Below, piece by piece: positions 56,854 through 64,000 of a DNA stretch of 64,000 nucleotides. The notes under the pieces are model-generated. The model was not told the DNA's origin. It worked only from the letters and a program-made list of their open reading frames with translations, and did no database searches. A program made the translations under genes and the position numbers. How positions within the stretch are numbered: the stretch's first letter is position 1; each line of letters starts with the position of its first letter. The stretch comes from Verrucomicrobiaceae bacterium (GTDB lineage: Bacteria; Verrucomicrobiota; Verrucomicrobiia; Verrucomicrobiales; Akkermansiaceae): positions 1 to 64,000 of the forward strand of contig JBPOGH010000001.1 of the NCBI GenBank assembly GCA_051252135.1. Direction: 5' to 3'.

Positions 56854-58230
56854 TTAGGCGCTTTTCTTAAGCAGGGTTTTACTGAAGACGATATGGAGGA
56901 TGGCGGTGGCGATCCAGCAGGGAAGGATGCAGAACCATGAGCTGACTCCGACAATCTTGATGAGATAGGTCGCAAAGGCAACCGGGATGAGCCAAGCGAG
57001 GAGGACTGCGGGATTGAGACCGATGCCGCTTTTTTCAGCGGCGAACTGGGTGAATCCGGCGCGCCGGGCGAAATACCAATCGGCGAAGATGACAGCACCC
57101 ATGGGAGCGAGGACGGTTCCGTAGAAGCCGACAAAATCGAGGAGTTTGAAGGCGAATGCGGGGAAGAGACCGGCGATGGTTGCGACCGTTCCTGCGACGA
57201 GCGTCATCGTGGTGCGGGATGATCCGGGGATCATGGCCTGGAAGGCGAGACCGGCGCGGTAGATGGTGGGGTTGGCGGTGGTCCAGCCGGCGACAACGAC
57301 ACAGACGATGCCGGCGAGGCCGGCGACATTGGCGGCCATGATGCCGGGGTTTGGGCTGGTGTCTCCGCTCATTTTGATCTGAGCGGCGAGCATGAAGGCG
57401 GCGGAAATCCAGGCCATGTAGTGACCGACGAACATGCCGCCTGCTGCGGCCCAACCGGCGTTGGCATTTTTGGCGTAGCGGAAAACGGAGAGGTCAGCCA
57501 TTCCGATGTGCATGGCGGAGTTACAGAACCAGGCGAAGAGGGCGACCGACCAGAAGCCCATGGGCTCGGTTGCGTTGCTGTCCTGGGCAATGTTGATGGA
57601 TTGGGTCCAGACGGCGTTGAGTCCTTCCCAGTTGTCGGCACCGATTTGCTTGAGGGCGACGAATCCGCAGGCGAGGAAGACGAGGACCATCCAGGGGGAG
57701 GCGACGTTTGCGAAGCGGGCGACCATGTCGTATCCGCGCGCGGCGACGAGGGCGATGACGGCTCCGACGGCAAGGACGATGATGATGAAAGCGGCGCTGT
57801 TCGGGTAGACGGCTTCGAAGGCAGGCATTTCGATGTTGAAGGGGATGCCGACCGCGGTTGCCGAGACGGTGATCATGGCTCCGGCGAGGAAGCAGAAGAG
57901 GATGCCGTTCGCGAGGTTGTAGAATTTGACCAGTTTGTTTCCGGCGATTTTTTCGAGGTGGAAGTAAAGGGTCATGCGGGCCTTGGTCGCAATGGGGGCG
58001 CAGACGAAGCGCCAACTGAAGACGGCGAGAAGGTTGCCCAAGAGGAGACCGAGGAAGATATTTTGAAGGGTGACGCCATTGAGAAGGAAGAGCGGACCGA
58101 TCATGAACTCGGTCCCCGCGGCGTGTTCGCCGGAATACATGCCCCAAAATTTACCCGGACCTTTACGGGCGTTTTCCGGCACCGGGGTGCGTTCGTACTC
58201 GTTGTTTGCGTGGTTTTCTTCGTCAGCCAT
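56854..58230 (-). CDS. NCS1-like (purine-cytosine permease family) transporter
   Basis: About 12 TM helices; EYERTPVP, GEHAAGTEFMIGPLF, GWTTANPTIYRAGLA. Confidence 0.8.
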   Translation of the reverse strand: MADEENHANNEYERTPVPENARKGPGKFWGMYSGEHAAGTEFMIGPLFLLNGVTLQNIFLGLLLGNLLAVFSWRFVCAPIATKARMTLYFHLEKIAGNKLVKFYNLANGILFCFLAGAMITVSATAVGIPFNIEMPAFEAVYPNSAAFIIIVLAVGAVIALVAARGYDMVARFANVASPWMVLVFLACGFVALKQIGADNWEGLNAVWTQSINIAQDSNATEPMGFWSVALFAWFCNSAMHIGMADLSVFRYAKNANAGWAAAGGMFVGHYMAWISAAFMLAAQIKMSGDTSPNPGIMAANVAGLAGIVCVVVAGWTTANPTIYRAGLAFQAMIPGSSRTTMTLVAGTVATIAGLFPAFAFKLLDFVGFYGTVLAPMGAVIFADWYFARRAGFTQFAAEKSGIGLNPAVLLAWLIPVAFATYLIKIVGVSSWFCILPCWIATAILHIVFSKTLLKKSA

Positions 58231-58302
58231 AGTGTGTGTGGGAATAACCTTTCCCGAAGTTGGGGAACAATAGGAATTGATGCAGGTGCGTCAACCTCAA
58301 AC

Positions 58303-58316
58303 AAGAAACGCTTCTT
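58303..58316. promoter_or_regulatory. Candidate LacI-family operator
   Basis: AAGAAACGCTTCTT (13/14 match to the 50704 palindrome) between the divergent permease and lacI genes. Confidence 0.7.
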
Positions 58317-58372
58317 CCGAAAGAAGTTAATCCAGTTGCAGAATAGGGTGTGGTTGTCTAACACTTCCCGAG

Positions 58373-59398
58373 ATGGCAGTCGGTAAAGTCAGACTCAAGG
58401 ATGTCGCAGAAAAAGCGGGAGTTGCGGTGAATACAGCATCGACGATATTGAATCGTCGACCCAACTCATGGGCTTCGAAAGAAACCGAGGAGCGGGTGTT
58501 TGCGGCGGCCAAGGAGTTGGGTTACCGGCCCAACCGTGCAGCAGTGGCATTACAGGCCGGATGTTTTAAGACGATTGGTCTTTTGATCGCGGATTTGGAG
58601 AATCCTTATTACACGCATTTCTCGGAAGTGTTTGGTAATCAGATTGAGAGTCGTGGTTATGATCTGTTGATCGAGAACTGGCGGACGGACTTGCAGCGTG
58701 AGAAGAAGCTTTTGGAGGATTTTGTGCATCGCAATGTCGATGGGGTGGTTGCGTTTGTGAGTGATATTGAGGAACACCGGGAATTTTTGGAGAGTCAGAC
58801 GAAAGCGGGATTTCCGATTGTGGCGCTGGCGATGCCCGGTCCGGATGAGATGGGGCTTGATATGGTGACGCCGAATTTCGGTCCCGGGCTGCGTGAGGCG
58901 GCTTCGATTCTTCACGGGTTGGGCCATCGTAAATTTGCCTTTTTGGCGGCCAAGTCCGGTGGTCAGCGGGTAGGGAAACGGCCGGCTCTTTTCCGGGAGT
59001 TGATTGATGAGTATGGCGACTCGGAATTGGAGGTTGTGGATTCCGGTCCGACTCTCAAGGAGGCCCGTGATCTGGGCCATGCATTGTTGAGCAAAGAGAA
59101 CCGGCCGACCGCGATTGTCGGTCTCAATGATCTTGCGGCGATTGGGGTGATGCGTGCGGCCAAGGATTTGGGATTGAAGGTTCCCGAGGATGTTTCGGTG
59201 GTTGGGATTGATGGAATTCCGCTGGCGGAGCAGTTGGTGGTGTCTCTTTCGACTATTGCCCAGCCTCATGAAGAGATGGTGGCGAAGGCGATTGAGTTCC
59301 TGATGGCGCGGATTGACAGTGATGAGGTATTGGCCCCCCAGAGGGCTGATTTTCCGACGCGATTCATCAAGCGGGAGTCGGTTGGGCCTCCACGTTGA
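58373..59398 (+). CDS. LacI family transcriptional regulator
   Basis: LKDVAEKAGVAVNTASTILN HTH; LGYRPNRAA hinge; VPEDVSVVGID. Confidence 0.95.
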   Translation: MAVGKVRLKDVAEKAGVAVNTASTILNRRPNSWASKETEERVFAAAKELGYRPNRAAVALQAGCFKTIGLLIADLENPYYTHFSEVFGNQIESRGYDLLIENWRTDLQREKKLLEDFVHRNVDGVVAFVSDIEEHREFLESQTKAGFPIVALAMPGPDEMGLDMVTPNFGPGLREAASILHGLGHRKFAFLAAKSGGQRVGKRPALFRELIDEYGDSELEVVDSGPTLKEARDLGHALLSKENRPTAIVGLNDLAAIGVMRAAKDLGLKVPEDVSVVGIDGIPLAEQLVVSLSTIAQPHEEMVAKAIEFLMARIDSDEVLAPQRADFPTRFIKRESVGPPR

Positions 59399-59402
59399 TT
59401 TT

Positions 59403-59430
59403 CTCCCGCAGTGGAGCGGGGACCTTTTTG
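59403..59430 (+). terminator. Possible terminator between convergent lacI and rhaM
   Basis: CTCCCGC-AGTGGA-GCGGGGA stem followed by CCTTTTT. Confidence 0.55.
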
Positions 59431-59458
59431 TGTTAGGGGGGAGATTCAGTCCTTTTGA

Positions 59459-59773
59459 TCACTCCTGATGAAATACCATTTTGAGGGAAGTGGTGACCGG
59501 GGAGTTGTCGGGATGGGTTTCCATGAGGTCGGCCATGTGGCGCCACCATTTTTTGACGGTGGGGGAGTTGGGGAGTTGATCAGCGGTGTGGTGGTCACTG
59601 AGGCATTGGACGGCGAAGAGAGTGAGGGTTTCGGGGTCGAGGAAGATTGAGTAATCGGAGATTCCGGCTTGGGTGAGTTCAGCTGCGAGTTCCGGCCAGA
59701 TCCGGTTGTGGCGACGGTGATATTCTTCTTCGTGGCCTGGCTTGAGTTGCATTTTGAAGGCGACCTTTTGCAT
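59459..59773 (-). CDS. rhaM: L-rhamnose mutarotase
   Basis: 104 aa; AFKMQLKPGHEEEYHRRHNRIWPEL...ISDYSIFLD...KKWWRHMADLMET. Confidence 0.95.
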   Translation of the reverse strand: MQKVAFKMQLKPGHEEEYHRRHNRIWPELAAELTQAGISDYSIFLDPETLTLFAVQCLSDHHTADQLPNSPTVKKWWRHMADLMETHPDNSPVTTSLKMVFHQE

Positions 59774-59804
59774 GGTGGGGACGATTATGCACACTTTGCG
59801 TCAC

Positions 59805-59826
59805 AAGAAACGTTTTAAGTTTGACA
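59805..59826. promoter_or_regulatory. Candidate LacI-family operator abutting a TTGACA -35 box
   Basis: AAGAAACGTTTTAA at 59805-59818, then TTGACA at 59821-59826, between divergent rhaM and rhaI. Confidence 0.65.
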
Positions 59827-59914
59827 GTTGGGTGTGTGTCCTCTTTTTTTCCTGCAGCAGGGATCGAGAAAGAGAATGCTCGATTTGCCACCCATCCTAA
59901 CTGACTTTTGACAT

Positions 59915-61117
59915 ATGTCCGACGATTTTCATCAGCGCATTTCCCGAGCCCTTGATCATTTTGAAATCGAGTTGCCGTCGTGGGGTTTCGCTGATACCGG
60001 CACTCGTTTTGGGAAATTTATGCAGGATGGGGCTGCGATTGATCTGGGAGACAAGCTGTCGGATGCGGGTGAGGTGAACAAGTTGACCGGGTGCTGTCCG
60101 CAGGTGGCGACGCATGCGTTGTGGGATTTTCAAGAAGGGCAGGATTCGGCGGAAATTGTGGAATTGGCCAAGAGTCATGGAGTGCGTTTGGGATCGATGA
60201 ACCCCAATCTTTTTCAAGATCAACAGTATAAGCTGGGAAGTCTTTGCAACGCTGATGCGGAGATTCGGAAGCAGGCATCGGATCATGTGATCGACTCGAT
60301 CAAGAGGGGGCAGGAAGTGGGCAGTCGTGCGGTCTCGCTCTGGTTGGCGGACGGGACGAACTATCCGGGACAAGACTCGATCCGTGATCGCAAGAGACGC
60401 CTCGAGAATGCGTTGGGTGAGTTCCACAAGCATCTTGCGGAGGATCAATTGTTCCTGGTGGAGTATAAGCCCTTCGAGCCGGCCTTTTACCATACTGACA
60501 TTGCGGATTGGGGGATGTCCTACATTTACGCGAAGAAGATGGGGCCACAGGCGAAGGTGTTGGTTGATACGGGCCATCATTATCAGGCGCAGAATATCGA
60601 GCAGATTGTGGCCTGGCTTCTGGATGAGGACATGCTGGGAGGGTTCCACTTCAACGACCGGCGTTATGCGGACGATGATTTGACTCTGGGCTCGATTGAT
60701 CCGTATCAGATTTTTCGGATTTTCAGCGAGATTCATGGCTTTGCGGCATCACAAGGCGGCAAGTATCCCTCGGTGGAGTATATGGTGGATCAGTCGCACA
60801 ACCTGAAGCCCAAGATGGAAGCGATGATCGAGACGGTGACGGCGGCGCAGGAGCTTTATGTCAAGGCGTCGCTGGTGGATCACGATCAACTTTCGCGTCA
60901 TCAGGAGCGGGGTGAGATCGTGGATGCCGAACGTATTCTCAAGAAGGCCTTTGGGACGGATGTCACCGGAGCGATTGGCGAGTGGCGTCGCGGACGAGGA
61001 CTTGCGGAGGACCCGTTGACGGCCTTCCGCGAGAGCGGATACCTCGACGATATTTCCAGGGAGCGAGCATCCCGCCGCAAGGAGCTCGGGATCGTTTCCG
61101 GGGGCGGATATGCCTGA
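59915..61117 (+). CDS. rhaI: L-rhamnose isomerase (RhaI type)
   Basis: IELPSWGFADTGTRF, WLADGTNYPGQ, EYKPFEPAFYHTDIADWG, VDTGHH, GGFHFNDRRYADDDL. Confidence 0.93.
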   Translation: MSDDFHQRISRALDHFEIELPSWGFADTGTRFGKFMQDGAAIDLGDKLSDAGEVNKLTGCCPQVATHALWDFQEGQDSAEIVELAKSHGVRLGSMNPNLFQDQQYKLGSLCNADAEIRKQASDHVIDSIKRGQEVGSRAVSLWLADGTNYPGQDSIRDRKRRLENALGEFHKHLAEDQLFLVEYKPFEPAFYHTDIADWGMSYIYAKKMGPQAKVLVDTGHHYQAQNIEQIVAWLLDEDMLGGFHFNDRRYADDDLTLGSIDPYQIFRIFSEIHGFAASQGGKYPSVEYMVDQSHNLKPKMEAMIETVTAAQELYVKASLVDHDQLSRHQERGEIVDAERILKKAFGTDVTGAIGEWRRGRGLAEDPLTAFRESGYLDDISRERASRRKELGIVSGGGYA

Positions 61118-61156
61118 TTCGAATTTTTCAATTACCAATTTCAACACACCTTTTTT

Positions 61157-63349
61157 ATGTCCTTTTCACCAACTGAATACAGACACGTCAACTATGGCTG
61201 GGATGATGCCCAGGTAGCAGGGATGAGCGCCGTTGAGCGTCTTGCCTATCGTTCCAATATCCTGGGTGCCGATCAGCGCATCACGAACACCGGAGGAGGA
61301 AACACCTCTTCCAAAGCGAATGAAACCGATCCTCTCAGCGGGGAAGAAGTTGAGATTCTTTGGGTGAAGGGATCGGGTGGAGATCTTCGGACGTCCACGG
61401 TAGAGAACTTTTCGTCCCTCTATCAGGACAAGCTGATTGCCTTGCAGAAGATTTACAACGAGACGACTCCGAATGGAGTGAAGACACAGATCGAAGACGA
61501 CATGGTGGGGATGTATCGTCACACGACCTTCAATCTGAATCCACGGGCTTCATCGATTGATACGCCGTTGCACTCCTTCATTCCTTACAAGCATGTCGAC
61601 CACATGCACCCGAACTCCTTCATCGCTCTGTGCGCGACGAAGAACTCGGAAGCGATCACGAAGGAGATTTTTGGTGACGAGATTGTCTACACTTCCTGGC
61701 AGCGTCCGGGATTTGATTTGGGACTTCTTTTCCAGAAAGTCTGTGAGGAGAATCCCAATGCCAAGGGAATCAACATGGGGCAGCACGGGCTGATTAACTG
61801 GGCGAACGACGACAAGGAGTGTTACGAGCTGACACTTGAGTTGATCGAGCGTGCAGGCCGCTACATCGAAGAGCGTGACAAGGGGGCGGACACCTTTGAA
61901 GGTCAGAAGTTCGGCAAGCTGGGCGAAGAGCAGCAGAAGGAACTTGTGAGCGAGATTGTCCCGTGGCTTCGCGGTCAGGTGAGTCAGCAGAATCGCTTTG
62001 TGGCGACGATCGAAACGACCGATGCGGTTCTTGAATTTGTGAACAGCAACGCGGCTCCACGTCTTGCCGAGCTGGGGACGTCCTGCCCGGATCACTTCCT
62101 GCGGACGAAGATCAAGCCGCTTTATGTTGATTGGAATCCTGAGACCGAGGGGCTTGATGTTCTGCGGACGAAGCTGACGGCCGGTCTTGAGAAGTATCGT
62201 GCGGATTACGCAAGTTACTACGAGGCGAACAAGGAGACGCATTCGCCAGCGATGCGCGATCCGAATCCGACGGTGGTGTTGATCCCGGGTATCGGGATGG
62301 TGGCTTTTGGTAAGAACAAGAGTGAGTCACGGGTGACGGCTGAGTTTTACAACTGTGCGATCTCGGTGATGCGTGGTGCGGAAGCGATCGACGAATACAT
62401 CGGCCTTCCCCAGAAAGAGGCTTTTGATATCGAATACTGGGCTCTTGAAGAAGCCAAGTTGCAGCGGATGCCACCTGAGCGCGAGTTTGCGCGTAAAGTG
62501 GTGATCGTGGTGGGCGCCGGAAGTGGAATCGGCAAGGAAATGGCAAATCTTATGATTGATCAGGGGGCGCACGTGGTGTGTGCCGATCTGAATCAGGAGA
62601 GCGCACAAGCAACTGCTGACGAGCTGATCGCGAAAGTGGGTCAGGGAATCGGAGTGGCTGGCACGGGGATTTCGGGTTGTGGAAACGCAATTGGCTTGGC
62701 TTGTAACGTGACCGACCGTGAGTCGATCAAGGCGATGCTTGCGGAGGTTGTTTATGCTTACGGTGGTTTCGACCACATCGCGGTGACGGCGGGAATCTTT
62801 GTTCCACCCGATCGCACGGGTCACATCCCTGACGACAAGTGGGGGCTGACTTTTGGAATCAACGTGGCCGGGCCGTATTTTGTGGCTGATGAGGCTGCCA
62901 AGATTTGGAACGAGCAGGGACTCCGAGGTTCGATGGTTGTGACGACCAGTGCGAATGCGGTGGTCTCCAAGAAGGGAAGTGTTGCCTACGACACCTCGAA
63001 GGCGGCGGCGAACCATTTGCTGCGTGAGCTTGCGATAGAGCTTTCTCCGCTTGTTCGGGTGAACGGAGTGGCGCCCGCTACCGTGGTGGCCGGAAGTGCG
63101 ATGTTCCCCCGTGATCGGGTGATCGCTTCGCTGACGAAATATGACATCGCGTTTAGCGATGATGAGGAAACGGAAGATCTTCGCGACAAGCTTGCGCAGT
63201 TTTACGCGGACCGGACCTTGACGAAGGCACCGATCACCCCGCGTGATCAGGCCAACGGAATTCTGTTTATGTTGAGCGAAGCCTCATCGAAAACGACCGG
63301 ACAGATTCTGGCAGTTGACGGCGGTCTCCATGAAGCGTTCCTTCGTTAG
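61157..63349 (+). CDS. rhaEW: Bifunctional rhamnulose-1-phosphate aldolase / short-chain (lactaldehyde) dehydrogenase
   Basis: GGGNTSSK, VKGSGGDL, SIDTPLH, VDHMHP, GTSCPDHFLRTK; SDR GAGSGIG and YDTSK. Confidence 0.93.
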   Translation: MSFSPTEYRHVNYGWDDAQVAGMSAVERLAYRSNILGADQRITNTGGGNTSSKANETDPLSGEEVEILWVKGSGGDLRTSTVENFSSLYQDKLIALQKIYNETTPNGVKTQIEDDMVGMYRHTTFNLNPRASSIDTPLHSFIPYKHVDHMHPNSFIALCATKNSEAITKEIFGDEIVYTSWQRPGFDLGLLFQKVCEENPNAKGINMGQHGLINWANDDKECYELTLELIERAGRYIEERDKGADTFEGQKFGKLGEEQQKELVSEIVPWLRGQVSQQNRFVATIETTDAVLEFVNSNAAPRLAELGTSCPDHFLRTKIKPLYVDWNPETEGLDVLRTKLTAGLEKYRADYASYYEANKETHSPAMRDPNPTVVLIPGIGMVAFGKNKSESRVTAEFYNCAISVMRGAEAIDEYIGLPQKEAFDIEYWALEEAKLQRMPPEREFARKVVIVVGAGSGIGKEMANLMIDQGAHVVCADLNQESAQATADELIAKVGQGIGVAGTGISGCGNAIGLACNVTDRESIKAMLAEVVYAYGGFDHIAVTAGIFVPPDRTGHIPDDKWGLTFGINVAGPYFVADEAAKIWNEQGLRGSMVVTTSANAVVSKKGSVAYDTSKAAANHLLRELAIELSPLVRVNGVAPATVVAGSAMFPRDRVIASLTKYDIAFSDDEETEDLRDKLAQFYADRTLTKAPITPRDQANGILFMLSEASSKTTGQILAVDGGLHEAFLR

Positions 63350-63361
63350 TATTCACCAACG

Positions 63362-64000
63362 ATGAAAACCGACGTTCTCCTTATTGGTTCCGGAATCATG
63401 TCCTCGACTCTCGGGGTCATGCTCAAGGAGCTGCAGCCGGGCCTCTCGATTCAATTGATCGAAGTGACCGACAAGCCTGCGCAGGAGGCGTCGAATGGCT
63501 GGAACAACGCGGGCACCGGGCATGCCGGAATCTGCGAGCTTTCCTACACTCCTCATCAGGAGGCGGATGGGAGTGTCAATGTTTCCAAGGCGATCTCGGT
63601 GTTTGAGGATTTTGAGCATTCGCTTCAGTTCTGGGCGCATGCCGCACGCAAAGGGATTATCAAGGATACGAGGGAGTGCGTGAATCCGCTTCCGCACATC
63701 TCACTTGTTCACACCGAAGAGCAGTTGCCTTACCTGAAGGCGCGCTTCGAGGGGTTGAAGGGGCATCATTTCTTTGAGCCCATGAAGCACTCGACGGACC
63801 GGGATGAGATCAAGTCCTGGGCTCCGCTTTTGGTGGAGGGGCGTGATCCCGATCAGCCGATTGCGGCGACCTTCATGGACGGAGGGACTGATGTGAACTT
63901 CGGCGAGATTTCCCGAAATTTCTGTGAGTGGCTGGATCAGCAAGAGGGCTGTGAGGCTCACTTCGGTCATCGGGTTGTTGATCTCAACAAGAAGGGCAAG
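63362..64000 (+). CDS. mqo: Malate:quinone oxidoreductase-family flavoprotein (3'-truncated by the window edge; absent from the ORF track)
   Basis: Manual translation MKTDVLLIGSGIMSSTLGVMLKEL...QEASNGWNNAGTGHAGICELSYTP, later GTDVNFG; starts 12 nt after the rhaEW stop. Confidence 0.9.
   Translation, partial: MKTDVLLIGSGIMSSTLGVMLKELQPGLSIQLIEVTDKPAQEASNGWNNAGTGHAGICELSYTPHQEADGSVNVSKAISVFEDFEHSLQFWAHAARKGIIKDTRECVNPLPHISLVHTEEQLPYLKARFEGLKGHHFFEPMKHSTDRDEIKSWAPLLVEGRDPDQPIAATFMDGGTDVNFGEISRNFCEWLDQQEGCEAHFGHRVVDLNKKGK

Noticed and set aside
752..57773. Pro/Ser/Thr- or Arg/His/Pro-rich alternate-frame ORFs on the minus strand
   Set aside because: Out-of-frame readings of C-rich coding sequence
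63353..63970. ORF-track entries 63353-63697, 63495-63683 and 63701-63970
   Set aside because: They overlap the Mqo-family frame starting at 63362, which runs off the window

Overview
A 64-kb carbohydrate-catabolism region from a high-GC bacterium, very probably Verrucomicrobiales, judging by the PEP-CTERM protein, the PVC-type CxxCH proteins and a Verrucomicrobia-like C-terminal domain. Nearly all genes from 0.3 to 58 kb are on the minus strand. They include 13 secreted S1 (formylglycine) sulfatases, a GH141-like beta-helix protein, a DUF2961/GH172 protein, a GH78 alpha-L-rhamnosidase, an esterase, and three large PVC-type dehydrogenase-like multidomain proteins (two ending in cytochrome c, one carrying a blue-copper domain). 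The right end holds an L-rhamnose locus: NCS1-type permease, LacI, rhaM, rhaI, bifunctional rhaEW and a partial Mqo-family gene. Non-coding observations: an AAGAAACGTTTCTT-type palindrome at three promoter regions (candidate LacI regulon); three cargo blocks each bracketed by direct repeats (TA module, 7.2-kb sulfatase/PEP-CTERM block, low-GC orphan) with no recombinase in view; a 57-bp tandem array whose core recurs inside a sulfatase signal-peptide region; REP-like hairpins and heptamer repeats; and a possible pseudoknot switch in the ankyrin gene leader. All assignments come from motif reading by eye; no searches were run.
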